A program made the translations under genes and the position numbers. Shown here piece after piece: positions 41,811 to 54,608 of a DNA stretch of 64,000 nucleotides (its first letter is position 1; each line of letters starts with the position of its first letter). The notes under the pieces are model-generated. The model did not search any database. It was not told the origin of the DNA and saw nothing but the letters and a program-made list of their open reading frames with translations. This DNA comes from Eledone cirrhosa (Eukaryota): positions 175,584,001-175,648,000 of the forward strand of contig OZ024741.1 of the NCBI GenBank assembly GCA_964016885.1. Reading direction: 5' to 3'.

Positions 41811-41950
41811 TATCAGGATGTGCTGCTTAGCCTGTGGTTCGATGTCGCAGTCTCACACAACGTCCAACACCAAATCTTAGTCTGTTTAGGTATTTCCACA
41901 CTGCATAGTTTGTATCTGCTTCAGGAGCAGTGCCTCGCTCGCGTTTAGCT
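41811..41950 (-). mobile_element. LINE (Ingi/Vingi-like, tentative) C-terminal fragment, proximal half
   Basis: Minus strand: APEADTNYAVWKYLNRLRFGVGRC../CDIEPQAKQHILI, matching the W..LNRLRTG.GRC...C..Q..H..C knuckle region of non-LTR RT proteins. Confidence 0.65.
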
Positions 41951-42589
41951 CCATTGTTGTTAACTGATGTGAGGATGTCATTATTGATGCTACAGTTGTT
42001 TACCCCAAGTGAGCGCTAATCGATCGCGAACTATCACGAGAGATGTTTCAGAGAAATGTTTTTTGACGATGAATTTTACAAACCTTTAGATTAGAAATGG
42101 TTCTAGTAACTATTTAATATAAGGTTGCTATCATTCATGGGTAGCCTAAGGAGATCTTGGATGGGTGATCAAGTGCTTTCCAATCGTAACCATCCTGTAT
42201 TTAGATACAGAATATCGTTTTAGATATAAACTGAGTGTTTACCTATTTAAAAGCCTTCAGGCCACGATATGGCCGAAATATTGCCACCCTCTTTAAGAAA
42301 TTATATTTGAAATACCTTTTACAGAAAACAGAACAATCTTTCAAATCATTAAGCCGGTAAAATCTTTTCTTTTCACAGAAATAGATAGGATTCTAACATA
42401 ACATTCAAATCAAAGTTAAAATGAATACATTGGCACCTCATAACATAGAGACATGTTCTATATTATCAAAATAATTATATTTGGACAAACCACGCTTTAT
42501 TTTCAGAATGATTTAAAATGAAGAAAATATGTTCATAAATTCTAACAAAAATAAATATTTGTAAGAGATATACAAATATCATAGCGATT

Positions 42590-43250
42590 AATGCGTCCGA
42601 TCTGCTTCACAGCCAAACAGCCATGCGTGGGTCAATTCGGTACCCTTCTTGATGTGTACATTCGCATTGAAATGACCCAACGCCTCGGCCTCCGCATGTG
42701 TGAACCACATAAATGCCATTGTGAGGCAGTCGTTGGAAATTTGGCCTGCACCCACTGTCATGTTGCCATAGCGCAGGCCAGTTCCCCCGACATGCCACTC
42801 TCAATTACATATTAAGCAGGAGCCTGGATGCAGCTGGCTTTCCTTCACAACTAGAGCCAGTAGGCCTCGACCGCGGACACGACAAAAACCCCGACGGAAT
42901 TACCCTCTTCTCATTCGAAGGTGGTAGATCCCTCATCAGGGACGCAACATGTTGTGACACGTTCTCCACCTCCAAATTAGTCGTTTTGGCCACAAACCCC
43001 GGTACTGCAGCCCGCAATGCAGAGGAAAGTAAGGCAGACAAATACCGGGGATTGTCTGGCCGTTTATTCTTTGCACGGGTCGCCATAGAGACCTCAAGCG
43101 TCCTCGGACCCCGTAGTGCCGAGCATCTCCGCAAGATCGGAACGTCAACGGCCCGTCTGAAGAAGGAGCCCCGCGGGGTGGGGTGACTGCTGCAGTGGGT
43201 ATCGCTGGCCACTGTCCACGGAAATGTTTTTGCAGTTTAGTCCGCGTGGA
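42590..43250 (+). mobile_element. CRE-like non-LTR retrotransposon 3' fragment, related to 20640-21390
   Basis: RLGLRMCEPHKCHC...LEPVGLDRGHDKNPDGITLF...DATCCDTF...ATNPGTAARNAEESKADKYRGL..VAIETSSVLG. Confidence 0.85.
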
Positions 43251-45191
43251 GCAGCCTCAACACCATCACCTCCTCGGCCCAGAGCCCAACATCCTCTCTC
43301 CTGCCCCCCCCCCCCCTTTTCTTCTGTGGCTCCAGAGCTTTAACTTTTCCCCCTTTTCCTCTCATAATTTTATAGTTCTTTCCTCTACATTCCTACACAG
43401 TCAGATCTTTACCACTTCCCCATTTGTAATATTATTTATACAACTATAAATTAACATTTCGTAACTAATACTCACAAAATATAACCTACAGCAATGCTAA
43501 CGCTAAATGAATTCCTATTGAGCCTAACCATCAATCAGAAGTAATTTCATTCAAAATATTTAAATATTTCAAAACTGTGTGACAACTTTGTCAATGTGAA
43601 TTATCTCCCTTTCCAGTCTAACTCTTCTTTGAATCATACAACTAAGAGAGAGGTGTGTAGTAGCTATGATATGAATACTTGGCCATATTTTCAGTTCACT
43701 ACATTAATTCTCGTTAGACTTACTTTTACGTGGACAGCATACAATATCCATTCTAATATATAATACTGTTTACATTTCTCCATTTGTAAATGAACGCCAT
43801 TTTTGATAAATTAAACATCAACGTCATTTTAATGTATTCATTTTATTTCACTTTATCTATAACACTTCTCATTCTATTTCATCTTCCCTTTTACCCCAAT
43901 ACCATACCTTCCCATCTTTAAACTTATCACTGTTCTCTTAATCATTACACATGCTCAAATAATTGACAAACTTGAACTTTGAAGAGCCAGTATAGCAATA
44001 AGCATTTCCCATTCTCTATATAGCCTTTGGAATTATTTAATTATTTATATGTTTCAATTTTATACATATAAAAATGAGAAACCCCATCGATAGAACAGCC
44101 GTTAAAATAGCTAAATGTGTTCAAACTCAGTAATGGGCAAATATATCTCAGAGGACAGAGACTAGAACCAGTGGTCATCAGAGAGACAATCCACAAGATG
44201 GGTGACAGACGGATGAAATCTAGAAACGATTGAAAGAAGAGGAGGAGAATGACGTACAGAAGTGACTGGAAGAGTAAATAAAGAAATCCAATATACAAGA
44301 CAAGTTTACAAACACACATCTTCACCCTCATCAGCTCTCAAACCAGCAAAATGGTTTCGCACGATAACCCTCACTAAATATAACAGAATATTTTATCATG
44401 GTTTAAGATGTTCAACTGTATCTCCACTCTATCACCTCTATACCAACAATTTCATTCAATCGCGCAACAAACTGCCAATATATTAGAATTAACCATTACT
44501 CTAGTCATTATCAGAGCTGAATTAATTTATACGTCTCTCTTTCATCATATTTATCCTGTCCAACTTTTCTAAGCGTTATTCTTATTTTATCGATTTAGTC
44601 ATTTTTCATTTTATCTTAGTTGATTTTATTAGTTAAACTAATTCTCTTTGTTGAAACCACTGTAAATAATATTATCTTCTAAAAAGAAATCTTTAAATTA
44701 GTAACGTATTAATTCCATTTAAGCAATCTTTAAGTAGGAACTCATCACTACAAAAGTATTAGCCATATTCACATCTTATAACCCAGTTTCAATTATTGTT
44801 AAAGCAATTATCTCTCTTCAATTTCTAAGTTGGTCAATTATTATAGTTTTAGCAATTTAACCACAAAACACCACTATTGGAGTCCCTACACTAATTTGTA
44901 TATCATCCTCTCCCCTCTTTGTACATAACATATCTGCACTTTGAATTAGATATAATTTAGCGATCTTTTCGTTGAGATGTTCTGTGTATTGATGACAAAT
45001 AACCTTCTTCATGATATATACAACTCCTTAGATGTTGAGTTGAAAGGCGGGTTGTATTGTGAGCTATTTCTAGCGTCATTCTGAACTAGTATATTGTCCA
45101 TAGTATTCAAATATTACTTTGTTAGACGATCAGCGAATGCTGGATTGGTAAGGAGTAATTCTGTTTACTAACAGGTTTATATTATTTGTTT

Positions 45192-45290
45192 GTTCAAATC
45201 TCGCCGAGGTTAACTTTACGGGGTCGATAATATAAAGTACCAGTAATGTACTAGGTAATTGCTGGCCTTGTGCCAAAAGTAGAAACAATT
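45192..45290 (+). mobile_element. Dominant SINE, truncated, TSD attatttgttt
   Basis: gttcaaatctcgccgaggttaacttt...ggccttgtgccaaaagtagaaac. Confidence 0.8.
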
Positions 45291-46244
45291 ATTTGTTTAT
45301 ACTATCAATGAAAGAATATCCTGGCAGTATCGGCTATGTTAATTTGATGAAAGAATATACTGGCAGTATCGGCTATGTTAATTTGTTAAGATGGTCAACT
45401 TTGTTTTTTGGTTCTGGAAACCACTGTGAGACATATTAACGCCTTTTACTTTTGGGTTACTTTACTAGATTGCTTTGCTGGGAATCTATCCCCACCTGTG
45501 ACATTATATACGTTACTCTATATGTATATACTTCTCCGAATTAAATATGTTTTAGCGATCTTTTTACTGAGATGTTCTGTATATATATATATACACATTT
45601 TAGTACAACATTAACGAAGCTTTAGTTTGCGGTCAAGCTAACGAATGCAAATTCGGTATATTGCTTTAGCACTCGGATGGGGATAGTACCCCAGAGTAAT
45701 AACAATACGTTTAGACAGCTTAGCAAATCAAATATAGCGATCGGCAGCCCAGCCGCATTACCACAGCAACGAAAATACAGGACTGAGGAAAAGATTTTAG
45801 ACTGACCTGGACAGAACGCTGGGACTGAATGGAATATATAATGAATATCGTATAGCACACGATATACATCACATACAGCACACAATATCAGCACTAGGTT
45901 TCTGCAAATCCAAGATCGACAATATTTATTATTTTTCCCCATTACATTACGGTCTATTTTTTTCCCGTTATTTTACTTTATATTATATATCAGCCTCGCT
46001 TTCAATTGTTTTAGCCTTTATTTTTAAATTCATATCTTATATCCACATTAAATAAGATTTCATTCTGATGACCGATTTCAGACGTCTGTGTCGAGCTCGT
46101 CTGTCTTCGTGGAACCTTTGGTGAATGGAATAATTGTCTTATGTGTTTATTACATAACTAAATAGCTCTGTAGCTTACATAGAGCACTCTCCTTTACTTT
46201 ACCCTTCCTACGGAAATTCCTAATATATATATATTTATCTATAT

Positions 46245-46351
46245 AGGAAAAGAGTCAGGACCTCGGCGGTTTAGCTCCGGTCGTTCCGACAGTTCGGATC
46301 TTGCTGTCGAAACGGCCGGAGCTCAGCCATCGGCGTCCTGACTCTTTTCCT
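46245..46351. repeat. GC-rich fold-back containing 3' half of a hammerhead-like motif
   Basis: aggaaaagagtcaggac...gacag[loop]ctgtc GAAA cggccg...gtcctgactcttttcct. Confidence 0.75.
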
Positions 46352-46452
46352 GTTACCCACTCTACTACCCTAAGTATCGAGTACTCAGGGGCGTCATGGT
46401 TCACCTGTTTCTTACCATACTCTTTTCTTTATATATATATCTATCTATCTAT

Positions 46453-46663
46453 CTAAGGCGGGTAAAATTCCCGAGATCCATGGACGAGTTCTCTCCAGCG
46501 GTCTCTGTCCCTCATTATCGCTGCCATATCCTGCATCTCCAACAGACCAGTGTCTGTCCTTAGGGCATCAACATATGTTAACCTTGGTCTTCCTCTTCTA
46601 GTGTGTCCATGTAGGGGCTCCCAAAGGACCACTGAGTGCAATGTCAACTCTGGATGTCGGTGA

Positions 46664-46666
<3 letters not shown>
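46453..46666 (-). mobile_element. RTE-clade LINE 3' end inserted in (TA)n
   Basis: AHRHPEL..SVVLWEPLHGHTRRGRPRLTYVDALRTDTGL....MAAIMRDRDRWRELV. Confidence 0.85.
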
Positions 46667-46707
<41 letters not shown>

Positions 46708-46975
46708 ATAATAATACATAGTAATAATAATACATTTGAAGACTAACATCCAAAGAGGACTCGATAAGGATAAATATATATCAAATATATAAGAACCGTA
46801 GAGCAAATATTTGTTAGTTTCAGAAGATCCCGTTCAGGGTGAATGCAGCGATTCTTTGCTTAAACTTTAATCTGTTATTTTAATAAATATATATATAGTT
46901 AATAAATGAAAGAAAACAAAACACAGGAAACAAAATTGCAAATATATTCGGTTCACGCTTGGAGGAAGTAAAGGA

Positions 46976-47012
46976 GGTTTCAACGTCTCGGGCAGAATCC
47001 TTCTTCAGGAAC
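46976..47012 (-). ncRNA. Degenerate minimal hammerhead motif
   Basis: gttc CTGAAGA aggattctgccc GAGA cgttgaaac; GAAA core mutated to GAGA. Confidence 0.45.
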
Positions 47013-47426
47013 GCTCGGATAAGGAGAGAACAGATAGACGTAAGAGTAGTGTGAGAGGGTTAGGAAAGAAAGTTAAGGTGGTTGGGGGTGAGATGTATGA
47101 AAAAATTGCATGGAATCGAAACTTCATAGTTTTTCTTATTATATACACTCTACCTGAGCATCGAGGGCTCATATTGGTGCCACCACCGGTAATTCACTGA
47201 ATCACAACTACTATACAGACACACACACACACACATAAACACCCACACATACACAAACACACACATATATATATATTCATTTTTATTAAGGTTATATAGG
47301 GAGTTTTGTTACTTTGGAGTTTGGCTTGTTTATCACTGATGATCCTTCCATAAACAGCCGAAACTCCTGAGTAACAGAACTCTACTTTGATATTGAGCCG
47401 TGCTTTCTCTCCGCCGTCAACCACAT

Positions 47427-47503
<77 letters not shown>

Positions 47504-47512
<9 letters not shown>

Positions 47513-47702
47513 AGATCAAAATATGGTTAAAAGAGTTCCATGTATTTTATTATGCGCATTTCAAAAACAAATATCATCATGCAATAACATTTGTGTTTTT
47601 CTGATGAAAACACAAATGTTATTGCATGATGATATTTGTTTTTAAAATGCGCATAATAAAATACATGGAACTCTTTTAACCATCTTTTGATCTTATATAT
47701 TA
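47504..47702. repeat. Near-perfect ~96-bp fold-back whose loop is the hammerhead CTGATGA core
   Basis: CTGATGA aaacacaaat...atttgttttt (G/A)AAA tgcgc ATA; GAAA intact in left arm (atttcaaaaac), palindromic atgcgcat. Confidence 0.85.
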
Positions 47703-47786
47703 TGTATACTCCAGTCCTTCAAACTGTAGAGTGCTTCTTATCCGATATCTGCATTGCTTTATTGTACTACAATAAAACTCACCTCC

Positions 47787-47843
<57 letters not shown>

Positions 47844-48660
47844 AAATATATACATATATATACATATATATACATATATATGTATATATGTATGTATATA
47901 TGTATGGATATATGTATGTATGTATATATGTATGTATATATGTATGGATATATGTATGTATGTATATATGTATGGATATATGTATGGATATATGTATATA
48001 TATATATATATATATATACTATAGAGTAAAGCATGTCAAGAGAAAGATTTGATAATATATATACATCATCTCTATTCCCAATCAGCATAATTAACTTACG
48101 GCGAGTGGGTTGGTTGCTAGAAAGCGCAGTCCAATATCACCCAAATTTTTATCTCAACCTTATGGGAGATTATTAAATATAAATATTTACACATACACCA
48201 ATTAAACAAAGTCACAGGTATATATGTGTTTTGGCAACTTTTCACGATGTGGCTCAATGGAGAATTAATAAATTAAATAATCAGAGCAAAATAATATAGA
48301 GATGATGCATATAATATATATACATCATCTCTACTCCCAATCAGCATAATTAACCACACAAAAAATCAATTAGACCAGGCTATAAGAATAAAAGGCATCT
48401 ATGAAGAAACAGTAAATAAATACGCCATTGCGGCGTCTTCGCGTGCTGTACTCTATAGTACTTTGCTCTGATTATTCAATTTATTAATTCTCCATTGAGC
48501 CACATCTCACATTTCTGTGAGAAAAACCACAGACCCTCCATCTCAACTCTACTTTTGAAAAGCAGAAGAACTGCGAAACCAGTAAAGGAACCAAATAAAT
48601 ATATATATATTTTTTTAAATAAGACTCCAGTTGCATTTTCGATATCATCTTTTTCTCTTT

Positions 48661-48803
<143 letters not shown>

Positions 48804-48872
48804 TCATGTTATAGTCACTTATATATTATGAAATACTGTTGGCTTCTCGCTCACAATAATTTCTATACTTTC

Positions 48873-48912
<40 letters not shown>

Positions 48913-49874
48913 GAGGAGGAGGAGGAGGGGCAGAGGAGGGTGGTAATGGTGTTGAAGCTAGGTAGTATTGAAGAAACAGCATTCCATCATTGTAGGTTGG
49001 TTGTGTCGTTGTTATTGATCTTTCTAACGAACTCCAAATAATTGATTTGATGGGAGAATCGTGTTCACGTTTTCACTGCTTTCATATAGAAATGTTTTGT
49101 TGTCAATTGAAGAAATGACCAAAGGGTTTATATATATATATATATATTCTGTGTGTTTTTTATTTGAGCCGTTCTGTATCTGTATTTATATTTATGCGTT
49201 TCTGTGAATGGGTGGGTGTGTATCTTTGTGATCTTGAGTAGTTGGAGTGAAGGAGGGAGAGATGAAAGATATATATATATACCTATCTATAAAAGCATGT
49301 ACATCTATATTTATAAACACATATATATATATATACATCTATGTACACACACACATGTATATATATATATATATGTTTATAAATATACACTTACAATGTA
49401 TATTTATATGTATCAAACACAAACACAATTCATGAATATAAAGATGAGAATATAATAGAAAAAATAAAATAAATCCCGCAACAATAATTGAAAATTTCAG
49501 ACGGACGGAAATAAAAGAGATAAAATTATTTAAAAGGAAGCTAAATTGTGAGAGTGAGAAGGATAGAGAAAAAAAAGGAATGAGAGAGAGGAGAAGGAGG
49601 GATAGAAAGAGGGATGAAAACGCAAAGAAAGATCTGAAGAAGATATCGAAAGGAACAAAAGAAAAGGATAGTAAAAATTATATATATATATATATTTTTA
49701 TGACTTAAACTTACACACACGCACACACGCACACACGCACAGACAAACACACATACACACACATGTATATGTGCATAAATAGTTTTAAGTATATAACACT
49801 TCACATATATTGAATCCTTTATTCAACCAAATTCGCTATCTTTGAGCATATATCAACTTTTGTACATCTCTCTT

Positions 49875-49920
<46 letters not shown>

Positions 49921-49928
49921 GATATATA

Positions 49929-49978
<50 letters not shown>

Positions 49979-49993
49979 AACAGACACTCACAT

Positions 49994-50039
<46 letters not shown>

Positions 50040-50079
50040 ATATATACACATACACATACACATATATATACATATATAC

Positions 50080-50184
<105 letters not shown>

Positions 50185-50394
50185 AACTTGCATATGAAAA
50201 AGAAAACTTAACAGAAACTAAATTCCCGTATCTATAAAGGAACATTTCTTTAGACGGTCGGAAATAAAAGCGGTAGTAAATAAGTATTCGATGGGGCAAT
50301 ATAAAACATTGTTAATGCCGTCTGTAAACCATGAAATCTGCGTATTCTAGCTTAATGTATCACGATAGACAACTGTCATGGCTGAACTTTTAAA

Positions 50395-50897
50395 CTTCTT
50401 AGGTGGCCATCATCACCTAGTCGTTAATATATATGAAAAGTTACTAAATTATTTTAAAGTTGTATTTTTAACCCATTTCTTTTGTTATTCTATTATTTAA
50501 ATATGTTGACCAGCTTTGATATCAAACTACCTAAAACTGCTCCTGTTTCTATGATATAAAGCTGTTTATTCTAAAGTTTATTATAAAGCTGTGTTTTTAG
50601 CCGAAACTCTTCCATCATAATTTTATATAAGAACCTTTGTTAAGCTATATTCCAGCTTTAGAACAATTCTTACATAAAATCATGACGGAAGAGTTTCAGA
50701 TAAATATAATCACTTTAAAATAAATAGCTTTATATCATAGAAACAAGAGTAGTTTTAGGTAGTTTGATATGAAAGTTGCTCAACATATTTTAATAATAGA
50801 ATAACAAACAAAAATGATTTAAAAACACAACGTTAAAATAATAATTTAGTAACTTTGATATAAATTAACGACTGAATGACGATGGCTAGCTGAGAAG
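50395..50897. mobile_element. Diverged ~500-bp fold-back (MITE-like)
   Basis: atcaaactacctaaaactgctcctgtttctatgatataaagct vs agctttatatcatagaaacaagagtagttttaggtagtttgat; pairing extends to both ends. Confidence 0.75.
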
Positions 50898-50899
50898 CC

Positions 50900-51240
50900 T
50901 GTGCAATACACTCCTCGTGTGAGAGGTCTTCCACAGAAGCAAGCTCTCAGGGCCGTAATGAGGTTCCTCTGAAAGGTCTTTGAAGCAACGTTGCTCGATA
51001 GCGGGTGTAGCTCGGATATCAGGGATTCGCTCTAGGTAGTGCCACTACTTCTCCGAATTGAGAGTACACATCTCTGCTACATTAGACATGTGATTAGTAT
51101 GTCTCAGGAAACGTTCGCTGAACAGATTTTACGGGCAAAACCAACCGACAGGAGACCCAGGGGTAGGCTCTGAGTAAAATGTTTGGATAACATCAATTGC
51201 TTCTGACAGGACTCGCTGGAAAGCGTGCGTGAGGACATTA
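50900..51240 (+). mobile_element. RTE-clade LINE C-terminal fragment, degraded
   Basis: SSDIRDSL*VVPLLLRIESTHLCYIRHVISMSQE....ILRAKPTDRRPRGR..KCLDNI. Confidence 0.75.
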
Positions 51241-51809
51241 TCACCTTAGCCCTATCATTATCAAATCGTCTGAAACCGAACCTGGTTCTTCGATAAAAAA
51301 AAATCTATTTGTTTTAAAATGTTTTTATTTATCTAAAACTGACCCTCATACTTTTATACATGAACCTTTCTTAAGATATGTTCCAAGCACGAACTTGATT
51401 TATGAAAAAAAACTTGATTCTAGTGTTCTTTTTGATTTTACTTTTTTTTTTTAACAGAGTGTTCTGATGGGACACCGTTAAACAAATATTCTTGTTCACA
51501 TTTACAACACCCCCCACAGTACGGAGATGTAACACGTCTTTACGATCGTAAGGCCGGCATCATAACCACAAGGCCGCTCTCTCACCATCTTTCAACCGGA
51601 TGGTAGTCGGTCACATATTTAACCTGCTGCGGCTGGTGGTGGTGTCCGTTTGTGTTAAACTGGGTATTATGTTAGAATAACGCGAAATGAAGTTCCTTGA
51701 TCTAGTACCCAACACATCATCCGTCTGGGGATCAAACCTGAAACTGTCCGCGCGTAGAACAGAACTACTAGGCCAATTGCAGGCATTTGCTTCTATAATT
51801 TACTTCCAT

Positions 51810-52510
51810 TACGGCCCTTTCCATTCTGAGTTCAAATCCCGCCGAGGTCAACTTTGCCTTTCATCCTTACGGGGTCGATAAAATAAAGTACCAGTAATGG
51901 ACTGGGTAATTGCTGGCCTTGTGCCAAAAGTAGAAACAATTATTAATTCGGACGCCATGCTTTGTAGCAAAGACTTACGACTCTTTATGATCTGAGTTCA
52001 AATCCCGCCGAGGTTAACTTTGCCTTTCATCCTTATGGGGTCGATAAAATAAAGTACCAATCACGCACTGGGGTCGATTTAATCGACTTTCGCCTCTCCG
52101 AAAATTGCTGGCCTTGTGCCTATATAAGAAACCATTATTAATTCGGACGCCATGCTTTGTAGCAAAGAGTTACGGCCCTTTATGGTCTGAATTCAAGTCC
52201 CGCCAAGGTTAACTTTGCCTTTCATCCTTACGGTATCGATAAAATAAAGTACCAGTAATGCACTGGGATAATTGCTGGCCTTGTGCCCAAAGTAAAACCA
52301 ATTATTAATTATTCAAAGGCGATGGATTGGCAGTATCAGTATAGAGTCAGACAGCATGCTTTGCAGCATAGAGTTATGACCCTTTATGTTCTGAGTTCAA
52401 ATCCCGCTGAGGTCAACTTTGCCTCTCATCCTTACGGGGTCGATAATATAAAGCACCAGTAATGCACTGGAATAATTGCTGTCCTTGTGCCAAAATAGAA
52501 ACAATTATTA
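51810..52510 (+). mobile_element. Head-to-tail array of 4 dominant-family SINE copies
   Basis: Core motif at ~51830, 51995, 52190, 52395; shared junctions attattaattcggacgcc and attattaattattcaaa. Confidence 0.9.
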
Positions 52511-53129
52511 ATTATTCAAATTAAAAGCACTACAAATGAATTTCTTAATTCATTTTAATTTTTCAATTAAGAAAAATAATTATTATAAATGAACAGAAAT
52601 CATGATTTTTTATTGTATCTTTAAAAAAAATATATAGTACCATCTTCCATCTTGTGTAATAGTCTCTGATAAAAATATAATTTCAAATATATCATTTCAA
52701 TAGGAAATTTCCAACTATACGCCAAGAATAGAAAATAACTTAAAGGCTATATCATTTCTCACCTCCTACTAAATAATTGGTTATTAGCTGCTTTGTAACT
52801 ATTTCCAAGAGATGGTGAATATGTCAGAATCAATTAAGATTCGATCGTTCTCAATTATGGTTATAAATGTTACACGTTAAATTATTGCAGCTATTAGAAA
52901 ACGCATGATTTAAAGTGATGTGTTGTACAATTGTTGTGTAATTGCTATGAATATCTATAGAAAACGGTTAACAGAGTCCGTTTATAGAATTGGAAAATAT
53001 TCGAATATTCCAAACATACGCATTTTTCCTAATTATCTACATATCATTTCACTATCCTTACTCTATTCCCTCTCTTTCTTTCTCTCTCTCTTCTCTCAGT
53101 GGTTTTATACACCTACATACGTGAGTGCA

Positions 53130-53187
<58 letters not shown>

Positions 53188-53211
53188 GTGTGTGTTTTTG
53201 AGTACATTTAT

Positions 53212-53274
<63 letters not shown>

Positions 53275-53315
53275 GTGTGTGTGTGTGTTTTTGAGTACAT
53301 TTATATATATATATA

Positions 53316-53346
<31 letters not shown>

Positions 53347-53393
53347 CGATATATATCTCTCTCTATATATATATATATTAATATATATAAATA

Positions 53394-53526
<133 letters not shown>

Positions 53527-53888
53527 TCAGAACCACAGACGTACATACATATACATATAATTTCATGTACAGACAATATTATTAAATGACCAGAAATATT
53601 TAGCATCGTTTTATGTAAGAAAGTGTGTGTCAATGTATTGAATCGATTGATGGAAACATGTTTCTAATTTCAATAGACATGAAATTGAAAGTATATTATA
53701 TTCATTCGTAGTCTCATCTATCATGGTTTCGAAGTAGGAGGTAAATACTAAATTAATATCGAAATAGTAACGTCTAGAATTAGGGCTTCAAATTAGTCAA
53801 TATCAACACTTAGGGAAACTTTTGAATCCAAATCTGCCGTTTGTATATAAAAATACATACAATAATATACAACTAGCTTATGGTGGTT

Positions 53889-53947
<59 letters not shown>

Positions 53948-53960
53948 TATTTTTTATTTT

Positions 53961-54089
53961 TTTTATTTTATAGAAGGAGCTTCTACAGGACTAGTACGGT
54001 TTCATTCAGATGAAATCTTCAGGAAGCCAGAAGATTTCATCTGAATGAAACAGTACTAGTCCTGTAGAAGCTCCTGCTATGAAATAAAA
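53961..54089. repeat. Fold-back turning at a hammerhead core (motif 53979-54027 on minus strand)
   Basis: ggagcttctacaggactagtacggtttcattcagatgaaatcttc / gaagatttcatctgaatgaaacagtactagtcctgtagaagctcc; minus: gcttc CTGAAGA tttcatctgaat GAAA ccgtacta GTC ctgta gaagc. Confidence 0.8.
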
Positions 54090-54235
54090 CAATTTTACTC
54101 TGCCATGTATTGAGTACCTTACTAACTGTGGTTATCCCCGACTCAACCCGGGACCTACGTATATATATATGTATATATATAAAATAAAATAATTAAATCA
54201 AATATTTAAAATTTGGCTTCGTTTATTAAAGACAT

Positions 54236-54290
54236 ACTGCTATATATATTTCGGTGACAGCCATCATTGACTGTGACCTCTTCAGGCAGT
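54236..54290 (-). ncRNA. Type I hammerhead ribozyme
   Basis: actgc CTGAAGA ggtcacagtc aatgat ggctgtcacc GAAA tatata TA gcagt: helix I actgc/gcagt, 10-bp helix II, palindromic helix III. Confidence 0.88.
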
Positions 54291-54424
54291 CCGAATTGGT
54301 GTGGTAGAGACCAATTATTTTATTTTACATAACTCTGGAGTAACCAAACCAACCTACGTACCTCGTCGAGTGCTCCAATCTGCATACTGAGTTGTCGGTA
54401 AAAACAACCAGCTTATACTAAAAT

Positions 54425-54483
<59 letters not shown>

Positions 54484-54487
54484 GTAA

Positions 54488-54545
<58 letters not shown>

Positions 54546-54559
54546 GTAAATATATATAA

Positions 54560-54608
<49 letters not shown>

